A stretch of DNA of 64,000 nt, from NCBI RefSeq assembly GCF_001194135.2, contig NC_069004.1:11958527-12022526 (forward strand). Direction: 5' to 3'. Shown here piece after piece: positions 51,734-64,000 of this stretch. The DNA is from Octopus bimaculoides (lineage: Eukaryota). Position 1 is the first letter of the stretch. Each line of letters starts with the position of its first letter. A program made the position numbers and the translations under genes. The notes below the pieces were generated by a model. It did not search any database. It worked only from the letters and a program-made list of their open reading frames with translations, and was not told where the DNA came from.

Positions 51734-52242
51734 GATTGAATGTCAGCAAAGTACTTGGATGCTGGCGAAGTGTTTGGACACCAGCAAGGCATTTGAATGC
51801 CAGCATTGTGTTTAGCAGTGCGCTTGAACGCCGGCACTGCGCTTGAACGCCAGCAGGGTGCTTGACCGCCGGCAGGGTGCCTGAACACCAGCAGGGCGCT
51901 TGGACTTCAGGGTGGTGCTTGAATGCCAGTAGGGCGCTTGAATGCCGGCAAGTCTCTTGAACGTCGGCAGGGTGCTTGGACGTCAGGACGGTGCTTGAAT
52001 GCCGGTAGGGCGCTTAAACGCCGGCAGGGNNNNNNNNNNTTGACCGCCGGCAGGGTGCCTGAACACCAGCAGGGCGCTTGGACTTCAGGGTGGTGCTTGA
52101 ATGCCAGTAGGGCGCTTGAATGCCGGCAAGTCTCTTGAACGTCGGCAGGGTGCTTGGACGTCAGGACGGTGCTTGAATGCCGGTAGGGCGCTTAAACGCC
52201 GGCAGGGCGCTTGAATGGCGGCAGGGCGCATGAATGGCAGCA
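51734..52242. repeat. GC-rich minisatellite, 19-bp unit, consensus GCTTGAAYGCCRGCAGGGY
   Basis: The 19-nt periodicity is read directly. A 168-bp block is repeated exactly across the 10-N gap. Confidence 0.9.
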
Positions 52243-52289
52243 AAAAAACTGAATAATAACAAAGAAAATAGAAGACAGGTTTAGATGTT

Positions 52290-53050
52290 AAGAAAAGGTT
52301 TATGTAGTGCATTCCATCACAAAAATTAGGTGTAATTTCATGCTTGAAATCTGTGAATGTCTAATGTTTAACCAAATTAAGTATCTAAAGGAGATATGCT
52401 TCACTGCGCTTTCAAGGCTTTCTCCTTCTGTAAAACTAACTAAATATATGATTCCACTTAGTTTAGAAACTGTTTTGTTTGGTTCCCTGAAAACCTTGTT
52501 CCATGTAGAATATACCTCGACCCCTTCCCATTGCAATTAATTTTGGTAATTGGGTGCAACATTTTATATCGCAAATAATTTTGATCTAAGTTGTCTGTTG
52601 GATTCTTTCAGTAGAACTTGGAAGTAGTCGTTTATGAAGCATAACATCTTTGATTTGTATTGGTGTTAGATAAAAGCTAGATGTGGTTGTGGTTCCTGTT
52701 GGAAACAGGATGCTCCTTAACTAACTTGTCAATCTGATGTCTTAGATAGGCATTACCTGCAGCAAGCAATAACAGGCAGTAACGTTACCAAGCACGGTTG
52801 TAGCATGTGCAAGGCAGGAAGTACGTGATAATCTTACAAAGTGAGCTGGAAAGCTAATTAAAACCCCAGAATGATACACAGCCGCACACACTTTTCGCAA
52901 AATAATTAATATACAACTTTGAAAGCAATCATCTCGGAAAATTTTCCCCAAAGTCTCAATTTGACTTTTCATTAAACATCTTCACACCATATTGATGATA
53001 TTAATTAGAACCCCCTTTTACCATGAATGTCTTCTGTTTTCTATTGGACG
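52290..53050 (-). mobile_element. Degenerate L1/Tx1-like LINE RT remnant
   Basis: IETLGKIFRDDCFQSCILIILRKVCAAV...AHFVRLSR and WNKVFREPNKTVSKLSGIIYLVSF...VKHISFRYLIWL loosely resemble L1/Tx1 RT and post-RT regions. Confidence 0.5.
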
Positions 53051-54112
53051 GCAGTTTATTCTATCAAATATATTTTGGGTTTATATAAGACAGTGAAGGC
53101 GCATAGCTCAGTGGTTAGAGTGTCGAGCTCACAATCATGAAGTAGTGAGTTCAATTCCCTGACTGAGCTGTGTTGTGTACTTGAGCAAGACCCTTTATTT
53201 CATGTTGCTACAGTTCACTCAGCTGGAGTAGTCCCCACTTACTGTAAATCGGACTCCCCCCACTCCCAACTGCATTCTATATTGAATTCATTCGAATTAT
53301 TAGAATTCGAGAGTTATCTCCCCTGTCTGTGTTAACCAGAGTTAATCATCTAAATGGTTATTCACATCGTATAAAGGTGTCATTTAAAATTAATTAAAGC
53401 TTGTTGGTTCACTACTTTGATGACTTTGCTCTTGGAAAGTTTATCAGCTGTGAATTTGTCATGTTTCTTATCAGTCTTGGAATTAAGAAGAGAAAAAAAG
53501 AAAAAAAAAAAAGAGAAAACACACACAAACAGTAAAATATATANNNNNNNNNNNNNNNNNNNNNNNNNNNNNNNNNNNNNNNNNNNNNNNNNNNNNNNNN
53601 NNNNNNNNNNNNNNNNNNNNNNNNNNNNNNNNNNNNNNNNNNNNNNNNNNNNNNNNNNNNNNNNNNNNNNNNNNNNNNNNNNNNNNNNNNNNNNNNNNNN
53701 NNNNNNNNNNNNNNNNNNNNNNNNNNNNNNNNNNNNNNNNNNNNNNNNNNNNNNNNNNNNNNNNNNNNNNNNNNNNNNNNNNNNNNNNNNNNNNNNNNNN
53801 NNNNNNNNNNNNNNNNNNNNNNNNNNNNNNNNNNNNNNNNNNNNNNNNNNNNNNNNNNNNNNNNNNNNNNNNNNNNNNNNNNNNNNNNNNNNNNNNNNNN
53901 NNNNNNNNNNNNNNNNNNNNNNNNNNNNNNNNNNNNNNNNNNNNNNNNNNNNNNNNNNNNNNNNNNNNNNNNNNNNNNNNNNNNNNNNNNNNNNNNNNNN
54001 NNNNNNNNNNNNNNNNNNNNNNNNNNNNNNNNNNNNNNNNNNNNNNNNNNNNNNNNNNNNNNNNNNNNNNNNNNNNNNNNNNNNNNNNNNNNNNNNNNNN
54101 NNNNNNNNNNNN

Positions 54113-54156
<44 letters not shown>

Positions 54157-54565
54157 TCACACATATACGTGTGTGTGTGTGTATGTGTGTATTTGTTTCT
54201 GTTTTTAGTGTCCCCACCTCCCCACACTCCCCAAGTTGACTCGTCATCTTACGACTGGCTTCATGATAACCCCTCTGCAATCCCAGAAGATCTTATCAGC
54301 TGCTCTCATGACCCTTTATTACATCTTATCATGTTTACTCGTTATCTCTTTAGAGCTGAATGGGGAGGTAGGGGGAGGGGGAGAGGAGGAGTTAGCGAGA
54401 AAGGGATCTGTTGGGAAAAAGCAGTGGGGCAGGGATGGAGAATTGGGGAAAGTGTTGGAAAGGTTTTCATGTGTTGGATTCATTTCTATATTTATACACA
54501 AACAACATATCCACACACATATATGCACACACATACATATATACACACATACAACCCTCTCTCTT

Positions 54566-54614
<49 letters not shown>

Positions 54615-55786
54615 NNNNNNNNNNNNNNNNNNNNNNNNNNNNNNNNNNNNNNNNNNNNNNNNNNNNNNNNNNNNNNNNNNNNNNNNNNNNNNNNNNNNNN
54701 NNNNNNNNNNNNNNNNNNNNNNNNNNNNNNNNNNNNNNNNNNNNNNNNNNNNNNNNNNNNNNNNNNNNNNNNNNNNNNNNNNNNNNNNNNNNNNNNNNNN
54801 NNNNNNNNNNNNNNNNNNNCGCTTTCCATGCTAGCATGGGTTGGACGATTTGACTGAGGACTGGTGAAACCGGATGGCAACACCAGGCTCCAATCTAAAT
54901 TTGGCAGAGTTTCTAAAGCTGGATGCCCTTCCTAACGCCAACCACTCAGAGAGTGTAGTATATATATATATATATATATACATACACACACACGCCAATG
55001 CATGTGTGTATATACACTGTAAGATCACATACACTTCCTTTATATTGTGTCAGAGGTTACCTCTTCCTTCTTCTCTATCCTCTACACTCTCCCTCCCCCC
55101 CCATCTTTTATTTCATTCTGTAGACTTGTGTTATAGCCCCAAATAATTCATAAATTTCCAAATATTTGTTGCACACTTTTGGTGAAAAACACCTTGCTAC
55201 GACTAATTGCAACATACCTTGCGGGGTATAAATGTGTCTCCTTAATGAATATAAATGAATGTTACTTGTCAGTGTCTGTATATTTTCATTACCCTTTTAC
55301 ATTCTCTTTCAACATTGGTATGGGTCAGATGGTTTGACAGGATCTGACAGGTTAGCTGACCACATCTGGTTCCAGTGTCTCTTTTTTGGCACCCTTGTTG
55401 TAGTTAGATGCCTTTCCTAACCCCCAACCACTTTACAGAGCATAGTGGGTACTTTTAATGTAGCACCAGCACTAATGAGGTCACCTTTTACCTGACAAGA
55501 CCAAAGAACCATCAACTGAGAAGGAGAATAGTTGAAAGAGAAGTAAGTTTCATGTGGAATTTTGAGGTTCTAAGGATGATAAGATGGGTGGAAATGGTGG
55601 GATGGAACTGGAAGGAGAGATGAAGATGGTGGTGACAAGGTGCCAGAGCATATACTCAGAGTACAAGAAGGCACAGAGTATCAGAAAGGCTGGGTTGAGT
55701 AATGGGTGCCAGAGTGGGTGTGTAGTGGTGGTGAGGAGTTAGAGAGTGAAGGGCAGTTAGAAATAGGGGTGTGGGTGAATGGTAAA

Positions 55787-55825
<39 letters not shown>

Positions 55826-56883
55826 CAGCTTGTTTGTATATATACAATAGCTTTGTGGACAGAAAAAGAGGGATCAGCTGGACTGGTTTCAATCATGTGC
55901 TGGGATATCATCACTGGCTAAGTACTGTCTTTAACTGTCCATAGACACACTGCTTATAAATATGTTATTACTAAAGGCTGAAAGTATATTGGACAGACAA
56001 ATTTGCATAATGCATTTTTGGCAGGTATTTGGTTTAAAAGAAAATATTTATTTATTTATTTATTTGTTTATTCCTCTTCTGTGTCAACCTGAAGTTGTGT
56101 TTTTGTGTATGTAGAGAAAATTCTGTTTCCCCCTTTAAGCAGAACCAAATTATTCCTATGTGCTAAAAGCTTCTGCATCTGATGTGTGCTACAACAGAAA
56201 TCCCGCAGCATCGTCGTCGTCATCATCCGCCAGAATCTAATCTTATCAGAAAATGTTTTATATTCTAAGCAATTGCTGCTATTACCATGAGAGATAAGTA
56301 TCTATAGATTCCTCTCTGAGAAATCTCTTCTTATCATGGTGCTGCTTTTACACTCTGCATGTTAAGATCGGTAACTTGACATCAATCTCCCTTCTCTATC
56401 AATGCGTATCGTGGAGTGATTTTATTACAAACATTTTGACTCTGATGTTCTTCCTTTGAAAGTTACCTTAGCTGTGTTTAACTTAGATTGGCACACATTG
56501 TGTTCTTTAGATTGTGGACATTTTGAGAGACAAGTAGATTTCTTCTGAGGCTAATTCAATTTTTTATAACATGTTTTGCTGTTCTCAAGGAATTTCAGTT
56601 TCTGTTCAGACAAACATTATGAAACAACAAGATGTCTCTTCATTTTCTTCTGATTCTTGGTTCATTCCTGGCGGAACTGATTCAATTTATGGCACTAACT
56701 TAATCTCATTCCCAAGACATCTGTGGACTTCTTACTTTAGTGAGAACTCAGTTCAGTTTCTGTAAGACTGGCACAAAGAATAGTGGACTTATTTTCTATC
56801 TTTTACTTGTTTCACTCATTGGACTGCAGTCTTTGCTAGAACAATGCTTTGAAGGGTTTCATCCGGTACTTATTCTATTGGGT

Positions 56884-57203
56884 GAAGGCATGTGGCTTAG
56901 TGGTTAGGGCATTCGGCTCACGATCGTAAGGTTGTGAGTTCGATTCCCGGCGACGCGTTGTGTCCTTGAGCAAGACACTTTATTTCACGTTGCTCCAGTC
57001 CACTCACCTGGCAAAAATTAGTTGTACCTGTATTTCGAAGGGCCGGCCTTGTCACGCTATGTGTCACGCTAAGTCTCCCTGAGAACTACATTAGGGGTAC
57101 ACGTGTCTGTGGATTGCTCAATCACATTCACGTTAATTTCACGAGCAAGCTATTCCATTGATCGTATCAGCTGGGACCCTCATCGTCTTAACCAACGGAG
57201 TGA
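56884..57203 (+). mobile_element. SINE family B, relatively young copy
   Basis: Intact head GAAGGCATGTGGCTTAGTGGTTAGGGCATTCGGCTCACGATCG...GTTCGATTCCCGG. Confidence 0.9.
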
Positions 57204-57329
57204 TCCTTTATTCTATTGGTCTCTTTTGCTGAACTGCTAAATTATGAGGACATAAACTAACCAACAGTATGCATGCTTGCTCAGCTCGCACCCACTCACC
57301 CAAACAACCCCACTCATTCACCTCCACAT

Positions 57330-57690
57330 ACACTGTCCTACTTTATAGTTGTGAGACTTGGACACTGTCCAGAGCCCTTAGGAGCTGCCTGAGCTTCTTT
57401 GGTATCAGGATGTTTCACAGAAACTCGGATGCACCTGGTTACTTGTATGATTCAGGAGTACCAGCTCAAACTGGCCATGTTCTTTTTTCTAAGTTAGACC
57501 CTGCTTACTGTGTTCTCTTCACTGATTATCCAGCTGGGTTGACAGCTCGTATTGATTGACCACATACCACATGGTGACGACAGCTGAGGAGATATCTCAC
57601 AGTGAGGAGGACTGACTGGGACACTGCTCAATAGGTCAGCCACAAGGACCTGAGAATATACTGACAGATTGCAATGGTGCATGTCCCCAC
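57330..57690 (+). mobile_element. RTE-clade LINE C-terminal remnant
   Basis: VLLYSCETWTLSRALRSCLSFFGIRMFHR matches the RTE VLLYGCETWTL motif. Confidence 0.75.
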
Positions 57691-59200
57691 ACCTTACCTG
57701 ATCTATGGTAGATTTTATTTTAGATCACTTTGACCTTTTAAAATTTAAACTCGCAATATCTGGCTAAAATACTCTACCTGTTTAATGTTCAAACTGGCCA
57801 GATCCTGCCTCTCACACCTGTTCTTCATTGTTAGTCTAAAAAATATACAGCCACATCTCAAGACTACAATATAGTGCAGGATAAATTCAAAACAATGTGA
57901 ATAAATAAGTGTTACATTTGATCGAATAATCTGAATGCTTAAGGGTTAAAACAAAAAGTTTGTCTCGTAGGACCAAAAATAGTTTTGGGTGGCTTGAAAC
58001 CTTTAGCATTTAAAGTGGCCATATCCAGCCAAAATATTCTACCTGTTTTATATTCAAACTGGCCACATCTAGCTTCCCACACCTATCCTACAATGTCGTT
58101 CTATTAATTAACAATTAATAATGCAGGATTAATTCAAAAGTATTGACAGAGTAATCTTAATGTTAAAGGGTTCTAAAGCCAAAATATCATGTTTATTGGT
58201 GAATGGTTGTACTGTGTTCTTGCTGCTCCATCTTGGGGTTATATTCTGGAAATATAAGGAATAAAAAGAAAGAGTTCAAAGACTGACAAATCAGATAGAA
58301 AACATGAAATATGTGTGTCTGTTCTCAAAGACAGAAAAGTAAATGAAATAACAACAGGCCAGAAGTCAAATTTAGTAATTTAAATTGTAAATCAAACTTG
58401 ATAAAGATATTTCAAAGCAGAAGAATAAAAAGAAAATGACCAAAAAAAAGCCCAGGAATTTGGACATTTTTCAAATATAAAATAATTTTGTGTCACAAAG
58501 TCAATTATTTTTATGTCTATCATTCTCTCTCTCTTTCTCTCTCCCCCTCTCTCTACACTCTGTCCCTTCTCTCTCTACACACTCTTTCCCTTCTCTCTCT
58601 ACACACTCTTTCTCTCTCATTCACTTTCACTTTCTTTCCTAATATTTTTCATACTGTTTCTCTTTTTTTTTTGTTATTTCACTCTCTCTTTCCCATCTCC
58701 CTAATTTCATACCTCTTTCCAACAAACCACCTCCTCTCTCTCTCTCTCTCTCTCTCTGACCTAATCTCTAACCCCCAACTCTATCCTCCATACCAAAGCT
58801 GACAAGTTGTATAACACATGTCTAGGAAGTGTACAGTTATTTGACATTGGAACTGACACCACTTCCAACAATATAAAGGTGTTGTGCANNNNNNNNNNNN
58901 NNNNNNNNNNNNNNNNNNNNNNNNNNNNNNNNNNNNNNNNNNNNNNNNNNNNNNNNNNNNNNNNNNNNNNNNNNNNNNNNNNNNNNNNNNNNNNNNNNNN
59001 NNNNNNNNNNNNNNNNNNNNNNNNNNNNNNNNNNNNNNNNNNNNNNNNNNNNNNNNNNNNNNNNNNNNNNNNNNNNNNNNNNNNNNNNNNNNNNNNNNNN
59101 NNNNNNNNNNNNNNNNNNNNNNNNNNNNNNNNNNNNNNNNNNNNNNNNNNNNNNNNNNNNNNNNNNNNNNNNNNNNNNNNNNNNNNNNNNNNNNNNNNNN

Positions 59201-59248
<48 letters not shown>

Positions 59249-59422
59249 GTACACATGCACACACACACATGTACACACTCACACACATGTACACACGCAC
59301 ACACATATGTACACACTCAAACACATGTACACACGCACACACATATGTACACATGCACACACACATGTACACCTGCACACACACATGTACACCTGCACAC
59401 ACACAGGTACACCTGCACACAC

Positions 59423-59455
<33 letters not shown>
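59201..59455. repeat. (AT)n plus a ~20-bp ACACACATGTACACCTGCAC minisatellite plus (GT)n
   Basis: Direct reading. Confidence 0.9.
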
Positions 59456-59456
<1 letters not shown>

Positions 59457-60349
59457 ATTCTCAAACCTTAAGACATGCCAAGATTCATTTTAGGACTAGA
59501 AAATACTTCAGCTCTGGACCTGATGAGGGTGACACTACCATGGGAGATCCTCTCCCAGTTTGTGTTGTTAGTTGCTAGTATTTTTTATATTTTGATATTG
59601 CTGCTGTTACAGGTAAACTTCTCATGTATGAATGAATAAATGACAGTCTTTATTGTAGAATTTCTAAACTTTAAATGCAGATTGCAGAAAGAGTAGAATT
59701 AATTTCACCTCTGATACCACTTAAATATTTCAGTATTAAATTACTGAATAAAATTTATTAATTAATCTCTTCCTACTGACCTATGTTAATTGTAATGACA
59801 GTATGTCTTTTTTCTTTTCTTTGTTTATATATGATAAGACTTTTGAAGTGTCTTCTATCAACACAAACACTCACTCTCACACGTACCAAGTGTTCCACTG
59901 TTAACATTTTAATCTGCTTTGATCCTTTTAGCAAGATTACATTTCTTTTCACTTTTTTAACAATATTTTAGACATTGGTAATTATTTTTTTTTCTGCTTG
60001 ATAATTTAATTACTTTTTCATTTCTGCTAAAAAGTAAAAAATAAAATGAAGAAATAATAAAGTCACTTTTGAAGNNNNNNNNNNNNNNNNNNNNNNNNNN
60101 NNNNNNNNNNNNNNNNNNNNNNNNNNNNNNNNNNNNNNNNNNNNNNNNNNNNNNNNNNNNNNNNNNNNNNNNNNNNNNNNNNNNNNNNNNNNNNNNNNNN
60201 NNNNNNNNNNNNNNNNNNNNNNNNNNNNNNNNNNNNNNNNNNNNNNNNNNNNNNNNNNNNNNNNNNNNNNNNNNNNNNNNNAATAACTTGGACCGATTTA
60301 AGTTACTTTGTGAAATTAAATCCATTTAACCAACCAGTTACTAAATAAC

Positions 60350-60389
<40 letters not shown>

Positions 60390-60537
60390 TGGATTTTTTT
60401 TTGTATTTCATAGTATTTATCTTAAAAGCTGATTCAGGAGTTGAGAGCTATTTATCGACTTAACAAGAGACAGATGCAGTTATTCGTAACTCTCGGCTTA
60501 ATTTCTCAATGCTTTTGACCAATATTTTGTTTTCTGA

Positions 60538-60750
60538 AGGCAGTGAGCTGGCAGGATCATTAGCACACTGGGCAAAATGCTTAGTGGTATTTCATCTGTC
60601 TTTACGTTCTGCGTTCAAATTCCATCAAGGTTGACTTTGCCTTTCATCCTTTCGGGGTCTATAAATTAAGTATTAGTTGCATACTGGGGTCGATCTAATT
60701 GACTGCCCTACCTCCCCAAAAATTTCAGGCCTTGTGCCTAGAGTAGAAAA
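60538..60750 (+). mobile_element. SINE family F
   Basis: AGGCAGTGAGCTGGCAGGATCATTAGCACACTGGGCAAAATGCTTAG...GTTCAAATTCC...CTTTCATCCTTTCGGGGTC. Confidence 0.85.
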
Positions 60751-60972
60751 GAATTTTTTTTTTTCTGGGTCACACTGGAGGAACTGACGCAGATCTGATC
60801 TTCTATCAGTGAAGGTAGGTATGGTGGGGTAGAAGTTCATAGGAGCAGAAGCAGGTGTTGTAGCAGTAAAAAGAGACAAAGAGTGGACATAGTCTGTTGG
60901 GTGTGGTATAGAAGTAGGGAGTGAATCATTGCCATTGAGACAGATAGTTGGCTTGTGTGTGATTGTTATTGC

Positions 60973-61013
<41 letters not shown>

Positions 61014-61093
61014 TGTGTATAAGAGAAACGCAGAAAGAGATGTGTGCGTGAGAAAGAGGATGGGTGTGTCCATGTGCGTACATGTGTGAAAAA

Positions 61094-61127
<34 letters not shown>

Positions 61128-61659
61128 CAGTGTTCATCCTCCCACACATGCACACCTCCCCACAGTCCAACTTTCTATCAGTGAGAAGTTGTTGAGAGTC
61201 AGAAAAGTTGTCACTTCTAAATAAAAAAAAAATATTTTAAATGGTGAGATGAGTCATAGAGTTTGACAGGAATGGTGCTTTAGGCAGTTTTACACAGCAT
61301 GGGAATAATATTTTCAGATAAATCTATGTTCTGAGAATATAGATGCTGGTCAGAATTCACCATTGCCAAACAACAGTTCCTTTGTAGAAGAAAACTGTAT
61401 ATCCATGGTTATAGGAGACGGGCAGGGTGTATGGAGGGTGAGGCAGGTTAAGTCTGTTTATATTTACCAAAATATGGAACAAAGAAATTTTATATAATGA
61501 TATGGTTTAATTCTGAATTTTATCTTTGCATAATAATGAAAATAATAATAACAATAATATTAATGACAATAATAATGGTTTCTTTATTGCGGCTGCAGTG
61601 GTAAATACTAATATAATTTCATTCTAATATCTTATATCCATTAATAATAATAATAGACC

Positions 61660-62207
61660 TTTCTGCTACAAACACAAGGCCTGAAATTTGGGGAAGGGAT
61701 TAGGTTGATTACATCAACCCCAGTGCATAACTGGTACTTATTTAATTGACCCTTAAAGGATGAAAAACAAAGTCGACCTTGGCCAAATTTGAACTCAGAA
61801 CACAGCGATGGGCTTGCCGCTTGATTATTATTAATAATAATAATAATAATGATAATAATCTTTTCTGATATAGGGACAAGGTCTGGAGTTTTTGGGAAGG
61901 GTCTAGTTGATTATGTCACCCCAACCCCCAATACTCAACTGGTATTTATTTAATGACTCTGGTGGAATAATAATAATAATAATAATAATTATTATTATTA
62001 TAATAATCCTTTCTACTGTAGATACAAGCCCTGAAATTTTGGGGAAGGGAGAAGTTGATTATATCAACCTCAGTGCTTAACTGGTCCTTTATTTTATTAA
62101 CCCCTGAAAAGATGAAAGGAAAAGTCAGCCTTGGTAGCATTTGAACTCGGAATGTGAAGACAGCATTTTGTCTGCTATGCTAAAGAATCTATAAAGCTCA
62201 CTGCCTT
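61660..62207 (-). mobile_element. Three tandem, partly truncated SINE family F copies separated by (AAT)n
   Basis: The TCTTTTCTACT...CAAGGCCTGAAATTT...CCCAGT...ACTGGT unit recurs three times. Confidence 0.78.
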
Positions 62208-62563
62208 AACACTTTTGTTAGTATATTTATTTTGAGATGCTCTGTGTTTCTTTCAATTAATTTTAAATATAACAAAGAATTTAGTAAAATAACTTGGTTA
62301 TCATTAAGCTGGTGTTAGGAACATACATAAATTGTGATTAAGGTTTGGTGGGAGATTTTAATTCAAAACTTATGGAAACAAGACATTTGTAGTACAGAGC
62401 CAGAGGCAGTTTCAGCCGGGTTGTTGTGAAAGGGTTAATAGTAATAATAATGATTTCTTTATTGAGCATAAAGGGTTACATCAAGAAAAACATTATGGAG
62501 AGCACAGGACAAAACATTAGGTGTGTGTGTGTGTGTTGTTGTTGTTATGATTTTGTGTGTAAA

Positions 62564-62722
62564 CTCTCGGAGTGGTTGGCGTTTGGAAGGGCATCCAGCT
62601 GTAGACACTCTGCCAGATCAGATTGGAGCTTGGTGCAGCCATCTGGTTCGGCAGTCCTCAGTCAAATCTTCCAACCCATGCTAGCATGGAAAGCGGACAT
62701 TAAACAATGATGATGATGGTGA
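62564..62722 (+). mobile_element. Retroposon 3'-end family E with a (GAT)n tail
   Basis: CTCGGAGTGGTTGGCGTT.GGAAGGGCATCCAGCTGTAGA...CATGCTAGCATGGAAAGCGGACATTAAACAATGATGATG. Other copies at 23503-23690(-), 24034-24363(+), 27030-27200(+), 37850-38228(+), 50233-50460(-) and 54820-54957(-). Confidence 0.8.
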
Positions 62723-64000
62723 TGTTGAAGAAGCATGTGAAGATCTTGTTGAACTCTTGCAAACATTCTTCCATACTCCTGTGAATATAAAGACAATTTC
62801 TTGATTGTTTAGTTTATTTATTCACAAGGGCTACTCAGATATGGTGGGAGTGAGCAGTACCTTTAACCTTCATAGGCTGGAAAATCTGGTAACAGATTGA
62901 AGTTATTACAAGATGACAAACTCATCCTGTCACTGGTGACCTCAGCCATATATTTAGCCCTATGATATCTAATATATTCAGTTTTTGCTAAAAAATAAAT
63001 TTCGATAATGGTGACCTTATTTATTTATTTAAGACGTATGGTGTCTTATATATTCAGTTTTTGCCAAAATATAAATTTTGATAATGGTTGATAAGATTTC
63101 AATTTTCTAAATTTCATGTTCGTATAAGTTTCTGTTTCTTTGTAAAACCTCCAAATATAGTTTCCCTTTTATCTCAAGAGCGTGGGAACCGAATAAGAAG
63201 TGACTTAGCTGTCTTTGTGACGCTTGGGGTTTTCTCAAGAAACCAAAGAAGGGAATTGTATGAATGAGAATATATTCAGATAGAAAATGGTAAACTAAGT
63301 CCTGATAAATGTTATAATAATTAATTTTAAGTTTTCGCTATTTGAGAGATTTTCAAACGTAATCTGTTAAAAAGTTTATCCGTTTAATATAACATGTGCT
63401 AAGTTATATAAAAGGAGTCGACACGAGAGAACACAAAATAGGCAGAAGTTGCAATGCTCTCTCTTTTCTTTTCGCTGTTCTTTTTTTTTTATGTTAATCT
63501 GTAAAAATTATCTCATACTGAGGTCCATAATAGTGTTTTTGTGCAAGAAATTCCAACATTTCAAACTCCAGATCTGTCTAGTTTCTTGGAGTTTTAGAAT
63601 CTCTTTCGAATGTGTACATCGGTTGTTGTTCATTATTAGAGTTTTTGGCATATTCACTAATAGAGATAAGATATTGGTAAGGGGAATTCTTGGTTCATTA
63701 TCTAATTCTTGATCAAAATAAATTCATGGCTGGATTTCCTGTTGTAGTGTTTGATAACAATTTGATAGTCATTTTAGATGAGTCTGTACGACTGCTATGT
63801 ACCACCACTAGTATCATATTTGATATCTGATACTTGAAGCTTCTCTACTTTAAAATATTGATGAAAACACTTTGCCATTTGTTATTCTGAGTAAAAGACA
63901 TCATAGATAAAGAACTCATCAGGACTTCCTTATTTTATTTATTTTTTTTTTCTTCTTCCTGTTTTTCACTAGTTGAAACTTCCATTTTGGTTACTAAAAT

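Larger units (their letters stand above)
19532..64000 (+). other. GOPC: Probable GOPC intron 1 (extends to the window end or into a gap)
   Basis: Canonical donor at 19532. No downstream AG-flanked segment encoding the expected AQLxDLxxEL...LQLH continuation was found by eye. The content is repeats, and exon 2 could be hidden in an N gap. Confidence 0.55.

Noticed and set aside
51862-52207. Exact 168-bp direct duplication across a 10-N gap
   Set aside because: Identical sequence on both sides of a small gap is typical of unmerged contig overlap.
51734-52242. Regular short repeats considered as a CRISPR-like array or repeat protein
   Set aside because: Contiguous 19-bp units with no unique spacers, a period not divisible by 3, and a eukaryotic context.
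59519-59560. CTGATGAG followed by a weak stem
   Set aside because: No GAAA after the stem. The similar CTGATGA hits at 13678, 33483 and 63914(-) also lack the second core half.

Overview
AT-rich, repeat-dense animal genomic DNA with 13 assembly gaps and no prokaryotic features. The SINE repertoire and microsatellite load point to a cephalopod (Octopus-like) draft genome; this is an inference. Only one host coding segment is confidently identifiable: the first coding exon of GOPC (PIST/CAL/FIG) at 19319-19531 (+), which ends in a phase-0 GTAAGT donor. No second GOPC exon was found, so 19.5-64 kb is probably one large first intron, unless exon 2 lies in a gap. The rest is a mosaic of several tRNA-headed SINE families, piggyBac-like TTAA MITEs, another TIR MITE, remnants of RTE, L1/Tx1, RLE-type LINE, Gypsy and Penelope elements, and micro/minisatellites. 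Most unusual observations: (1) hammerhead-ribozyme cores in two contexts, a ~300-bp foldback beside a Penelope remnant (28.0 kb) and the 3' part of a tRNA-headed SINE (46.5 kb); (2) a 221-bp inverted pair 11.6 kb apart matching at 220/221 inside much more diverged flanks; (3) several other intronic foldbacks and rearranged SINEs; (4) CpG decay in SINEs that is stronger downstream of the GOPC ATG; (5) weaker hints of unannotated promoters or exons in the first 14 kb. Identities were counted by eye. No database searches were run.
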